The notes under the pieces are model-generated. The model had not been told where the DNA came from. It ran no database searches and worked only from the letters and a program-made list of their open reading frames with translations. A DNA stretch of 64,000 bases from Candidatus Liptonbacteria bacterium (lineage in GTDB: Bacteria; Patescibacteriota; Minisyncoccia; UBA6257; 2-01-FULL-56-20), in assembly GCA_023244895.1 (NCBI GenBank), contig JAHFLL010000001.1, forward strand, positions 163 through 64,162, written 5' to 3'. Shown here one piece after another: positions 18,753 to 27,884 of this stretch. The number at the start of each line of letters is the position of its first letter. Position 1 is the stretch's first letter. The position numbers were made by a program, and so were the translations under genes.

Positions 18753-19637
18753 TTGTTTAGTTTGATTAATATGGACTATCTGGCGCAGTTTACTCTAAAT
18801 AGCATCATCAATGGCGCGCTCTACATCCTAATTACCTTAGGATTCAATTTGATTTACGGGGTGACAAAGTTTGTGAATATTAATCATGGAGCGATAGCAG
18901 TGGTGGGTGGCTACACCACCTACTATCTATTTCGGGTGTTGGGCTGGCAGGTTTCGGTCAGTATAGTTTTAGGAGTTTTAGTGGCGGGACTACTGGGATT
19001 GCTCTTAGACCGAATCGTTTTTCGTTATCTAAGAGAAAATAAATCATCTAACGTGACCCAGTTTATCGCTTCTCTAGGTTTATTTACCATAACCCAATCA
19101 GTGTTAGCGATAGTGTTCGGATCTCAGTTGTGTTCCTTGATGGGAGACGGTCCAGCGCGTCCCTATAATATCTTCGGGGGATTTTTAACTAGCGTGCATC
19201 TAGCCACGATTATCTCCGCTCTCTTAGCTGTCTTTTTTATGTTTTTACTCCTGCGTTATACCCGCTTCGGCAAGATAGTTCGAGCCCTAAGCGACGACGA
19301 AGAAGTCGCGAAAATTATGGGTATTAATACCGGTCAGGTAATTGGTTGGGTTGTCTTTATCGGCTCTGCGCTGGCAGGTCTAGCCGGCGTGCTGGTGGGC
19401 TTTGATCTAGGTATATATCCCGCCATGGGTCTAATTATATTAATGAGCGGAATAATCGCCTCCATTATTGGTGGTATAGGAAATTTCTACGGCGGAGTTT
19501 TGGGTTCTATCATCTTGGTCGTGATAGAAAACTTAGGGATGGTGGTTTTCCCTAGCGAATGGCGCATGGCAGTGGCTTTCGCTGTTTTGGTTCCATTTTT
19601 AATCTGGCGACCACAGGGTATTTTGGGTAAAAAATAA
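18753..19637 (+). CDS. livH: branched-chain amino acid ABC transporter permease LivH
   Basis: The 294-aa polytopic protein shows LivH-type permease conservation (INHGAIAVVGGYT...). Confidence 0.85.
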   Translation: MFSLINMDYLAQFTLNSIINGALYILITLGFNLIYGVTKFVNINHGAIAVVGGYTTYYLFRVLGWQVSVSIVLGVLVAGLLGLLLDRIVFRYLRENKSSNVTQFIASLGLFTITQSVLAIVFGSQLCSLMGDGPARPYNIFGGFLTSVHLATIISALLAVFFMFLLLRYTRFGKIVRALSDDEEVAKIMGINTGQVIGWVVFIGSALAGLAGVLVGFDLGIYPAMGLIILMSGIIASIIGGIGNFYGGVLGSIILVVIENLGMVVFPSEWRMAVAFAVLVPFLIWRPQGILGKK

Positions 19638-19638
19638 T

Positions 19639-20505
19639 ATGGAATACCTGCTCCACATTCTCATATATTTTGCCATTTACGCGCTTTTAGGGATCAGTCT
19701 TAATCTAATAGCGGGTTATACGGGACTTTTATCCATTACTCACGCCTCTTTCTTTGGAATTGGTGCCTACGCAGTGGCAATCTTGACCACTCAATTCGGG
19801 CTAGGCTTCTTTGGTGCCGCCTTAATAGGCATGGTTCTCGCGGGAATAGGCGGGCTAATTATAGGCTGGGTTTTATCTCGTCTAAGCGGAGACTACTATA
19901 TGTTGGGGACGGTTGGCTTTAGCTATATTATCTTCGCGATAATGATGAATTGGTCATCCCTAACCCGTGGGCCCCTAGGAATTCCCGCGATTCCAAGGCC
20001 CAGTCTGTTCGGCCTGGGGCTTGGCGACAATCTAAAACTGTTTCTACTCCTATTGTTTGTACTCCTAGTGATATATCTTTTAAGCAGAAAATTGGTTGCC
20101 TCTTCTTTTGGTCGGGTTTTGCGGGCCATTCGGGAGGATGAGAATGCGTTACGGGTGTTTGGTTATGAAACCACAAATTATAAACTAGCTATTTTCGCGA
20201 TAGCGGCCGGAATGGCGGCTATGGCCGGAGCCTTTCTTGCCACTTATATTACATTTGTTGACCCGCTTAGTTTCACCATAATGGAGTCCGTGTTCATTAT
20301 GTCTATAGTCATTTTTGGGGGATTCGCCAGCTTAGAGGGTTCTCTCTTGGGCGCGTTTCTCTTGGTCCTTTTGCCGGAATTACTGCGCTTTATGGGTCTA
20401 CCCTCCGAGATTGCTGGCCACGTACGGCAGGGCGTGTACGGACTACTTCTGGTTTTGTTTATGATGTACTGGCCGAAGGGATTAATGGGAAAATATAAAG
20501 TATAG
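19639..20505 (+). CDS. livM: branched-chain amino acid ABC transporter permease LivM
   Basis: The 288-aa permease is translationally coupled to livH. Confidence 0.85.
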   Translation: MEYLLHILIYFAIYALLGISLNLIAGYTGLLSITHASFFGIGAYAVAILTTQFGLGFFGAALIGMVLAGIGGLIIGWVLSRLSGDYYMLGTVGFSYIIFAIMMNWSSLTRGPLGIPAIPRPSLFGLGLGDNLKLFLLLLFVLLVIYLLSRKLVASSFGRVLRAIREDENALRVFGYETTNYKLAIFAIAAGMAAMAGAFLATYITFVDPLSFTIMESVFIMSIVIFGGFASLEGSLLGAFLLVLLPELLRFMGLPSEIAGHVRQGVYGLLLVLFMMYWPKGLMGKYKV

Positions 20506-20506
20506 A

Positions 20507-21238
20507 ATGGATATTCTGGAAATAAGAAAAATCAAAAAAAGATTCGGAGGAGTTTTGGCGCTAGACAGCCTATCTTTAACTATCCGCAAAGGTGAGATTA
20601 CGGCAGTCATTGGACCGAACGGTTCTGGTAAGTCCACCCTGATCAATCTTCTGACTGGAGTTGTGCCTTGGGATCAGGGCGTGGTGGCAATAGATGGAGT
20701 ATTAATCAGTGAGCTGTCTATGGAAGAGGTGGCGGAATATGGTATCACTCGGACGTTTCAGGAAGTGCGGTTGTTTGAGCAGATAACAGTTTTGGATAAC
20801 ATCTTAGTCATTCTGACTAGTCGGAGCTTATGGGGATCAATTTTAGAACGTCACAGCAAGCTTCATTTAAAACAGGCCGAAGACGTTTTAAAGACGGTCG
20901 GTCTCTGGGATAAGCGTGGGGATTTAGTTGTAAATCTGTCTTATGGTCAACGTAAGTTATTAGAAATTTCCCGCGCCCTAGCCATGAAGGCAGAGATATA
21001 TTTATTTGACGAACCCTTCGCGGGCCTATTTCCGGAGATGACCAAGTTGGTTGCCTCGGTTTTGGAGGGTCTGCGCGTCCAGGGCAAGACAGTAGTTTTA
21101 ATAGAGCACAATATGGACTTGATTCGGCAGTTATCCGACTGGGTATGTGTCTTAGATGGTGGCACGCTTCTCGCGGAAGGTCGCCCAGAGGTAGTGCTTT
21201 CCCAAAGAGAGGTAATTGAGGCCTATCTGGGCGACTAA
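20507..21238 (+). CDS. livG: branched-chain amino acid ABC transporter ATP-binding protein LivG
   Basis: Walker A is GPNGSGKST, the ABC signature is LSYGQRKLLEI, and Walker B is IYLFDEP. Confidence 0.85.
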   Translation: MDILEIRKIKKRFGGVLALDSLSLTIRKGEITAVIGPNGSGKSTLINLLTGVVPWDQGVVAIDGVLISELSMEEVAEYGITRTFQEVRLFEQITVLDNILVILTSRSLWGSILERHSKLHLKQAEDVLKTVGLWDKRGDLVVNLSYGQRKLLEISRALAMKAEIYLFDEPFAGLFPEMTKLVASVLEGLRVQGKTVVLIEHNMDLIRQLSDWVCVLDGGTLLAEGRPEVVLSQREVIEAYLGD

Positions 21239-21239
21239 T

Positions 21240-21962
21240 ATGCAATCCGCGCTTATAAAAATAGAAGATGTAAGTGTTCGTTATGGTGGGGTTCGGGCAC
21301 TGGACGGAGTTTCTCTGTCTTTGGGCGAGAGAGAGATAGTGGCCCTAATGGGTCCAAACGGCGCAGGTAAATCCACTATTCTCAAATCCATTTTCGGATT
21401 AGCCGAGATTAATTCCGGAAAGATTATTTGGCAAGACCATTTGATTCGGCCCCTGCCTCACGAGATGGTCCGGCGGGGGATAGTTCTTGTCCCTCAGGGT
21501 CGGCGCGTCTTCCCAAGCCTATCTGTCCGAGAGAACTTAGAGGTGGGCGGATTTATGATTCCCGACAAACAAGAACTTGCACGTCGTATAGAGAACGTGC
21601 TTGTAACGTTCCCGTCTCTAAGGCATCGTCTTGGTGCATCCGCGCGAGGTTTGTCTGGTGGCCAACAGCAGATGTTGGCTTTAGCGCGTGGTCTAGTTGC
21701 CAATCCTAAAATATTACTCCTAGACGAACCTTCTTTAGGATTGGCTCCCAAGATAGTTAAAGAAGTGTTTGATAAGATAAAAGAAATTAATCAGAAAACT
21801 GGCACGGCAATATTAGTTGTGGAGCATAATATAAAATCGTTATTAAAAATAGTGGACCGAGTATACGTTTTAGACAAAGGCAGGGTGGTGGCGGATGGAG
21901 ATGCGAGTATATTAATGGGTAGTGAAATTCTTAAAAAAGTCTTTCTGGGAGAGTTGGAATAG
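21240..21962 (+). CDS. livF: branched-chain amino acid ABC transporter ATP-binding protein LivF
   Basis: Walker A is GPNGAGKST, the signature is LSGGQQQMLALAR, and Walker B is LLLDEP. I chose the ATG at 21240, immediately after the livG stop. Confidence 0.85.
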   Translation: MQSALIKIEDVSVRYGGVRALDGVSLSLGEREIVALMGPNGAGKSTILKSIFGLAEINSGKIIWQDHLIRPLPHEMVRRGIVLVPQGRRVFPSLSVRENLEVGGFMIPDKQELARRIENVLVTFPSLRHRLGASARGLSGGQQQMLALARGLVANPKILLLDEPSLGLAPKIVKEVFDKIKEINQKTGTAILVVEHNIKSLLKIVDRVYVLDKGRVVADGDASILMGSEILKKVFLGELE

Positions 21963-22020
21963 CTAATAAGCGTTTTATAAAAACGAAAACAGCCGCGGGC
22001 GCGTGGCCGGCGGACTGTTT

Positions 22021-22617
22021 CTACTTCTCCTGCGACTTTTTCTCTATTCTCACCATGACGACCAGGAGCATGGTGGTCATGATTGTCGATCGGCCCGCAT
22101 AGGTCATCGCCATCGGATTTCGATCCGCCGTGGCGATTGCTAGGCCAGCCAAACCTGAAAGCCAGATCATAACCCACGGCAAGAATGGCTCTGTGTTCTT
22201 GCCCATACGCCTCATCTTGAACAGGGTTGGCAGATAGGCGATGGTCATGATGGCCTGGGTGGCGAGATTCGTCGCGAGCGCGTCTCGTCTCGCTAGCCAG
22301 AAAACTAGAACAAGTCCAAGCGCGAAGAAGCATGAAGCGTCCATCTTCTCCATCTTGTACTTATCTGGATCTGGCGTGATCACGATTGCGCCGAGTATTG
22401 CGACCACTAGGAACGCATCGGCGAAGTTGACAATGTTGCTTACGATGCCGTTCTGCCCCAGGCTTGAGTATGACCACAAGCTCAGTACGATGGCTATTTC
22501 GAACATCGTCCAGGTCGCGATAGCAGGATGGGTATCCCGCCGTCGTATCCTCTGGATCCGGATTATTGTCGCCACCACTGCTAGGAGGGTGGAAACGAGC
22601 GCTAGGGCCTCTCGCAT
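22021..22617 (-). CDS. hypothetical polytopic membrane protein (about 6 TM)
   Basis: The 198-aa protein has hydrophobic segments throughout and is convergent with livF. Local GC is moderately elevated. Confidence 0.45.
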   Translation of the reverse strand: MREALALVSTLLAVVATIIRIQRIRRRDTHPAIATWTMFEIAIVLSLWSYSSLGQNGIVSNIVNFADAFLVVAILGAIVITPDPDKYKMEKMDASCFFALGLVLVFWLARRDALATNLATQAIMTIAYLPTLFKMRRMGKNTEPFLPWVMIWLSGLAGLAIATADRNPMAMTYAGRSTIMTTMLLVVMVRIEKKSQEK

Positions 22618-22754
22618 TTTTCCCTCCTCGGGTTTTGTCGCAGACGATATGTCCGCGAGGCTGGGCTAAATTAAAACCATTTTACGGTTTGTGTCAAGCA
22701 TAGAAATCAGAAGAGCCCGGTCGCCGCGCGACCAGGCTCTCTCTGCTATTGCAC

Positions 22755-23054
22755 CTAGCGAATCATGCCCGCCTTGCGGAGTCCTGCCACATCCCGACAG
22801 ATGTGCGAGTTCTTGCCGTCGTCCACGAGCACGTGACCTTTGAGCCGACGACAGATTCTTCCGCCATTGACGATGACCCTGGCGGTTTCTTGCACGCTGA
22901 GCGGAGGCTCGTCGTCGGAATCTCGGTACGCCGCACCAGACTCTCTGATCAGTCTGATGCTGACCACGCCTCTGCCATTGCCGAGGCAGCGTTTCGCGGC
23001 CGCGAGCACTCTGCGTCTGGCCGACTGTTCCGCGGCCTGTCTGGTTCGGATCAT
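22755..23054 (-). CDS. hypothetical small basic protein on high-GC patch (weak S4-like VxVNG motif)
   Basis: The 99-aa ORF lies in a 62%-GC patch where several frames are open, so this is a very tentative call. Confidence 0.2.
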   Translation of the reverse strand: MIRTRQAAEQSARRRVLAAAKRCLGNGRGVVSIRLIRESGAAYRDSDDEPPLSVQETARVIVNGGRICRRLKGHVLVDDGKNSHICRDVAGLRKAGMIR

Positions 23055-23142
23055 GCAGCTCTCCTCTCATTGTTTTTTATCAGAGATTGCTCCGTCCCGT
23101 CAAATTGGATTTTTCCCCGGGGTTCTTATAAGATTTGGTTAT

Positions 23143-24339
23143 ATGATTAAACTGAACAAGGAGCAAAAGATCCAAGAAGTTTTAACTCGCAACGTAGAGC
23201 AGGCGATAGACAAAAACCATTTGGAGCAAGTTCTGCGAAGTGGCAAAAAACTACGGGTGAAGTTGGGCATAGATCCAACCGGTTCCAAGATTCATATTGG
23301 TCGCGCCGTGCTTTTATGGAAATTGCGTCAGTTCCAAGATTTGGGGCACAAGATTGTTTTGATAATCGGGGATTTTACCGCCCTGGTGGGAGATCCCTCC
23401 GACAAAACCGGCAAGCGCCCCATGCTGTCTCGGAAGCAAGTTAAAGAAAATCTCAAGAATTATCTATCGCAAATAGGTAAAATAATTGACCTTAAGAAAA
23501 CAGAGATACGCTACAACAGCGAGTGGTTGGGCAAGCTGGATTTTAACGAGATCGCGGAACTGGCGGAAAATTTTAGCGTGCAACAAATGATTGAGCGCAG
23601 GAATTTTAAAGAACGTTGGGATAAACACGAAGAAATAAGTTTGCGGGAGTTTATGTATCCTCTTATGCAGGGCTATGATTCGGTAGCAGTCAAAGCAGAT
23701 GTGGAGTTGGGTGGTACAGACCAGTTATTTAATCTTATGGCCGGTAGAAAAATCCAGCCTCATTACGGACAGAAACCACAGGATATTATGACTATGGGTA
23801 TGCTCTCCGGCCTGGATGGCAGAAAAATGAGCACTTCTTGGGGCAACGTTATAAACATAATTGACTCGCCGGAAGAGCAATACGGCAAGCTTATGTCCAT
23901 GCACGACAATATGATGATGGACTACTTCCGTTTCGCGACTCTTTTGCCGGAAGTAGAGATAAAAAAGCATCACGAGGCGTTGCATAAAGGCAAAAATCCT
24001 AAAGAAATAAAACAGGCTCTTGCGTGCGAGATAGTTTCGCTTTACCACGGGGAGAAAGCGGCCAAACTAGCGGGCGAAAAATGGGAAAAATTATTTTCCC
24101 AAAAGGAAGCTGGTGGGAGCGATCTGCCGGAATTAAAGTTGAAGTCCAAAACAATATCCATAATAGAGTTGGTAACCATCTCTGGCGTGGCAAAAAGCAA
24201 CAGCGAGGCGCGCCGTCTGGTGGAGCAGGGTGGAGTTAAGATAAATGATGTTACGAAAAATAATCCCAAAGAAGTATTGGAGCTTAAGAAGGGAGATGTG
24301 GTTAGGGTGGGAAAGAAAAATTATTTGAGGGTGGTTTAA
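23143..24339 (+). CDS. tyrS: tyrosine--tRNA ligase
   Basis: The HIGH-like motif is HIGRAV, KMSKS is KMSTSWGN, and a C-terminal S4 domain is present. I placed the start at the ATG at 23143; the longer upstream ORF extension is GC-driven. Confidence 0.9.
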   Translation: MIKLNKEQKIQEVLTRNVEQAIDKNHLEQVLRSGKKLRVKLGIDPTGSKIHIGRAVLLWKLRQFQDLGHKIVLIIGDFTALVGDPSDKTGKRPMLSRKQVKENLKNYLSQIGKIIDLKKTEIRYNSEWLGKLDFNEIAELAENFSVQQMIERRNFKERWDKHEEISLREFMYPLMQGYDSVAVKADVELGGTDQLFNLMAGRKIQPHYGQKPQDIMTMGMLSGLDGRKMSTSWGNVINIIDSPEEQYGKLMSMHDNMMMDYFRFATLLPEVEIKKHHEALHKGKNPKEIKQALACEIVSLYHGEKAAKLAGEKWEKLFSQKEAGGSDLPELKLKSKTISIIELVTISGVAKSNSEARRLVEQGGVKINDVTKNNPKEVLELKKGDVVRVGKKNYLRVV

Positions 24340-24785
24340 TGGACTATTCCCAGAGATTCAAAATAGTGACAGCCTCGTATCTAATGCTAATTAGGGACGA
24401 CAAGATTCTTCTTTCTCGTCGCTTTAACACCGGATATGAAGATGGTAATTATAGCCTTCCGGCAGGGCATGTGGACGAAGGAGAGACGCTGGCAGGGACA
24501 TTAGTGAGAGAGGCAAAAGAAGAGATAGATATAACACTGGACCGTTCTGGATTGGAGTTGAAACATGTTATGCATCGCGGCGCGACAAATTTGGAAGGGG
24601 AATATATAAGCTTTTTCTTTGTGGCTAAAAAATGGCAAGGCGAACCAAAAATAATGGAGCCTCATAAATGTGATGATTTGAAATGGTTCCTATTAAACGA
24701 CTTGCCCGTCAATCTCATTCCCTATGTGCGTGTTGCTATAGAATCTGCTCTTGCCAACAATTCCTACTCTGAATTCGGTTGGTAG
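24339..24785 (+). CDS. NUDIX hydrolase
   Basis: The Nudix box is GHVDEGETLAGTLVREAKEEIDI. Confidence 0.8.
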   Translation: MDYSQRFKIVTASYLMLIRDDKILLSRRFNTGYEDGNYSLPAGHVDEGETLAGTLVREAKEEIDITLDRSGLELKHVMHRGATNLEGEYISFFFVAKKWQGEPKIMEPHKCDDLKWFLLNDLPVNLIPYVRVAIESALANNSYSEFGW

Positions 24786-24787
24786 AT

Positions 24788-24840
24788 TGTAGCGACAAAC
24801 ATCTGATAAACAGATTTGTTTGGCGACAAACAAAAAACAT
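24788..24840. repeat. second locus of the GCGACAAACA / TGTTTGGCGACAAACA operator-like palindrome
   Basis: tgtagcgacaaacatctgataaacagatttgtttggcgacaaaca lies immediately upstream of the MFS transporter gene. Confidence 0.5.
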
Positions 24841-24857
24841 GATTATATAAGTAGGTT

Positions 24858-26054
24858 ATGTCTTTTAGCCTGCTTCAGAAAATTCGGGCCAAGCCAGTCC
24901 GAACATATTACGCGTTCAGCTTCTTTAGGGAGTTTATGCTATTCTCCGGTGTTTTAGTGCCGTTTTTTACTGATTGGGGTCACATAAGCCAGGGGCAGAT
25001 ACAGCTTTTGCAGTCCTGGTTTATGCTCTGGATATTCATTTTGGAGGTGCCTACTGGCGCGATAGCAGATTATCTGGGGCGGAAAAACTCCATACTTATG
25101 GGAATCATAGTGGATATAATCGGCGTACTAGTCTATGTTTCCGCGCCCCAGTTTGGAATTTTCTTGCTGGGCGAATTTCTGATGGCGGTCGCAGTCGCGC
25201 TTATCTCCGGTGCCGACCAGGCCTTAATATACGACACCGCCAAGGAGGCCGGGCTGGAAGCTGAAAGTAAAAAAATATTTGGCCGGGCCCACTCTTTTAA
25301 GCTGGCGGGCATGCTTATCGCCGCGCCTATTGGCAGTATCGCCGCTCAGTATCTGGGTATGTCGGCGCCAATGTACCTGTCCTCCATACCCTTATTCTTC
25401 GCGGCTCTTTGCATTTGGCTTATGCCGGAGCCGAAGAAGACAGAACAGGAATCCGAGAGTAGGAGATATCTGGAAGTTGTGAAGAAGGGGGCGCTTTATT
25501 TTCATCGCCATCCTACCTTGAAATTTATAGCCATAGACGCAATGGCAATTGCTTCTATCGGTTATTTCATCATTTGGCTCTACCAGCCTACCGCCCTATC
25601 GGTTGGAATTCCGCTTTTATATCTTGGAGTAATCCATTCCGTTTTTGTCTTGGCTGAAATCTTTATCTCCAGTAACTTCTCCCGCTTGGAGAAAATATTC
25701 GGGTCTAGTTTTAACTATCTGCGCTTCTCCGCGATTATAACGGGGGCGATGTTTCTTATGGTCGCGATTTGGCCGAGTAAAATATCCGTAATTGCACTCG
25801 TCATAGTAGCGGGCTCCCTAAGCTTAACTCGCCTAGAGTTCATTTCCTCACATATGAATAAGCTGATACCATCCACGGAACGCGCCACAGTTCTTTCCGC
25901 CATATCTATGTTGCGCAGGATCGCGCTCGTAGTACTAAACCCGATCATAGGGTTTATGGCAGACAACTCTCTCGCTTTAACGCTTGGCGTCCTGGGTGGC
26001 CTGGCAATCCTTGCCACCTTTTTCTCCCCGCTCAAACGGGAGATGTTGGATTAG
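24858..26054 (+). CDS. MFS transporter
   Basis: The 398-aa protein has 12 predicted TM helices and an MFS-type D-R/K-x-G-R loop (ADYLGRKN). Confidence 0.8.
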   Translation: MSFSLLQKIRAKPVRTYYAFSFFREFMLFSGVLVPFFTDWGHISQGQIQLLQSWFMLWIFILEVPTGAIADYLGRKNSILMGIIVDIIGVLVYVSAPQFGIFLLGEFLMAVAVALISGADQALIYDTAKEAGLEAESKKIFGRAHSFKLAGMLIAAPIGSIAAQYLGMSAPMYLSSIPLFFAALCIWLMPEPKKTEQESESRRYLEVVKKGALYFHRHPTLKFIAIDAMAIASIGYFIIWLYQPTALSVGIPLLYLGVIHSVFVLAEIFISSNFSRLEKIFGSSFNYLRFSAIITGAMFLMVAIWPSKISVIALVIVAGSLSLTRLEFISSHMNKLIPSTERATVLSAISMLRRIALVVLNPIIGFMADNSLALTLGVLGGLAILATFFSPLKREMLD

Positions 26055-26089
26055 CGCGACAGGAGATAGCCCGGTCCGGGCTCTTAGTT

Positions 26090-26683
26090 TTAGAGTAATG
26101 GCTGGCCCACAGATTGCCAAACCTTGAGCGCCTGAATCGGCTTTATGAGCATAATAACGTTTAAAGTAAGATTGTCGCGGACCCAAATCAAGCACCCGAC
26201 TTCCATCGCTATTATTGCCAGCACACTCATCCAAATCTTGGCTCGGTAAGCGAACAAGAATCCAAGCGCCATCATTACTACGTCGCAACAGGAGTTAAGG
26301 ACGCTGTCGCCCACATATCCTTGAGCGATGGTTGCTTCGCGGTAGCGATTAATAATAAGGGGTGAGTTCTCCAGTATTTCCCATCCAACCTCGAGCAGTA
26401 CCGCGATTAAAAACCTGTAGTTACGGGGCACCCTACGAGCCACCCACCACAGAAAAGCGTAAAACAATATGCCATGTATGATATGAGAAAAAGAGTAAGC
26501 GTCTGCTACGCGCTGGGAGTTTTCGCTACCCCAGATATTTCCGTCCCACCAGCCGAACTTACCATCCGGGCCAAGCGGGGATCGCCCCATCCATAATTCT
26601 ATCCCAGCCGTAAGCGCGATTATAGCCAAGAACACCAAGACATCCCATTTATGTTTCGCCCAGAAATAATTTATCTTTTGCAT
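26090..26683 (-). CDS. hypothetical polytopic membrane protein
   Basis: The 197-aa hydrophobic protein has no motif I can recognise. Confidence 0.5.
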   Translation of the reverse strand: MQKINYFWAKHKWDVLVFLAIIALTAGIELWMGRSPLGPDGKFGWWDGNIWGSENSQRVADAYSFSHIIHGILFYAFLWWVARRVPRNYRFLIAVLLEVGWEILENSPLIINRYREATIAQGYVGDSVLNSCCDVVMMALGFLFAYRAKIWMSVLAIIAMEVGCLIWVRDNLTLNVIMLIKPIQALKVWQSVGQPLL

Positions 26684-26714
26684 AACATTAATAATAGCAC
26701 GGCGGTAATATAAA

Positions 26715-26779
26715 AATGCTTCTATGGCAGACGGGGATTAGGGGTCATTTTCGCTCTGCGGCCCGCGGTTCGACTCCCC
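26715..26779 (-). other. truncated copy (C) of tRNA-flanking conserved element
   Basis: On the minus strand it reads GGGGAGTCGAACC, the reverse complement of the tRNA-Gly T-loop and stem. The conserved GCGGGCCGCA follows, then a diverged copy of the tRNA-Gly 3' end (gacccctaatccccgtctgcca). Confidence 0.45.
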
Positions 26780-26788
26780 ATAACCACA

Positions 26789-26830
26789 AAAACAAATCAA
26801 CCCACCGGGAAGGTAGATTGATTTGTTTTT
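26789..26830 (-). terminator. bidirectional hairpin terminator abutting tRNA-Gly 3' end
   Basis: aaaacaaatcaa...ttgatttgtttt forms a 12-bp stem. Confidence 0.55.
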
Positions 26831-26904
26831 TGGAGCGGGTAAGGGGAGTCGAACCCCTCTCATCAGCTTGGAAAGCTGAGGTAATACCGATATACGATAC
26901 CCGC
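26831..26904 (-). tRNA. tRNA-Gly (anticodon UCC), CCA encoded
   Basis: I folded the cloverleaf by hand. The acceptor stem is GCGGGTA/TACCCGC and the anticodon stem TCAGC/GCTGA. The anticodon loop TTTCCAA gives anticodon TCC, and the T-arm is AGGGG-TTCGACT-CCCCT. Confidence 0.85.
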
Positions 26905-27111
26905 CTGTCCTGAGTTTATCGAAGGGCCTTCGCTGAACCTGCCTGCCGGCAGGCAGGGCTTCGGCGCTTATCCTCCCCAAGAGGAGATAAACCCACTACA
27001 ATTCCATAGGCGAATTGAGCACTCCCATTCTACATTCTAGCCTCTAAATTCTCAAGTTTATTATGCTTGCGCAAAAGGCGGAAATGAGATAAAACTATCA
27101 GAACAATAAGC

Positions 27112-27708
27112 ATGAGTTTTCCTAGGTGGGCTAAAATCTGTGTCGCTGTGGTTATTATCCTGGTAGTTGGATTTGCCATAGCTAAATTCCGCCTTTTTTC
27201 CGCGGACGTAGCACCGGCTTTTGAGCAAGCTAGGATGCAGGGAGCTATTATCTCAGACACAATCGTGCGCCTTTCCAATGATATTTCAACGGAACTATCT
27301 AGGGTAAGCGAGTTGGATCGCGCCGGAAATCCCAGGGACGCCCTGAGCCTTACAATAGAGGTGCAGGCCAAGGCCAAGGAGGTAAGAAACAGAGCTAATG
27401 AGCTTTCCGAGGAGCTCAAAAAAATGATTAGCGCCATGGATAGCATAAAGTCCCCGGAGGCCAAGCAGGCCGCGATGGAGGCAGTGACTAATCAGATGGC
27501 CATAATCTCTCGCCTGATTAGTTATAGCGAGTATTTGCAGGAACTTTCCCAGGTTCTATCCAATCATTTCACGGGGGGATACGATAAGCGTAGCGTCAGT
27601 GTTATAATTTCCCAAGTCAACGCAGAAGTAACTGCCGTAAACAGCTTCAATAAGCAGGCGGTGCAAGCGATGGAGAGGTTTGAGGCGGCGTTGAAAGCGG
27701 ACCAGTAG
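27112..27708 (+). CDS. hypothetical membrane-anchored coiled-coil protein
   Basis: The 198-aa protein has an N-terminal TM helix and a long helical region. Confidence 0.5.
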   Translation: MSFPRWAKICVAVVIILVVGFAIAKFRLFSADVAPAFEQARMQGAIISDTIVRLSNDISTELSRVSELDRAGNPRDALSLTIEVQAKAKEVRNRANELSEELKKMISAMDSIKSPEAKQAAMEAVTNQMAIISRLISYSEYLQELSQVLSNHFTGGYDKRSVSVIISQVNAEVTAVNSFNKQAVQAMERFEAALKADQ

Positions 27709-27759
27709 CGCGCGTAGGGCCGACGCTTAAGTCGGTTTCTGCGCCTTCGACATTAGAAT

Positions 27760-27833
27760 GCGCATGTAGCTCAATTGGTTAGAGCCCCAAGCTTATACCT
27801 TGGTGGTTCCAGGTTCGAGTCCTGGCATGCGCA
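27760..27833 (+). tRNA. tRNA-Ile (anticodon UAU)
   Basis: The acceptor stem is GCGCATG/CATGCGC, the D-stem GCTC/GAGC and the anticodon stem CCAAG/CTTGG. The anticodon loop CTTATAC gives anticodon TAT, and the T-arm is CCAGG-TTCGAGT-CCTGG. No CCA is encoded. Confidence 0.85.
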
Positions 27834-27835
27834 CA

Positions 27836-27879
27836 AAAAACAGAATGTGATATTCTTTACGAGTATCACGTTCTGTTTT
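27836..27879 (+). terminator. bidirectional rho-independent terminator
   Basis: aaaacagaatgtgata ttctttacgag tatcacgttctgtttt has an A-tract on one side and a T-tract on the other. Confidence 0.7.
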
Positions 27880-27884
27880 ATATG

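Noticed and set aside
22840-23142. Long N-terminal extension of tyrS (the ORF begins at 22840)
   Set aside because: The extension lies in a high-GC patch and has no conservation. The canonical TyrS N-terminus begins at the ATG at 23143. A T-box leader was also considered and rejected because the AGGGUGGNACCGCG motif is absent.
26757-26790. Plus-strand GCGGTTCGACTCCCCATAACCA considered as the 3' half of an additional tRNA gene
   Set aside because: No complementary acceptor or T-stem can be formed (CGCGG versus CCCCA), so there is no cloverleaf. The sequence is instead the antisense-T-loop terminus of truncated element copy C.
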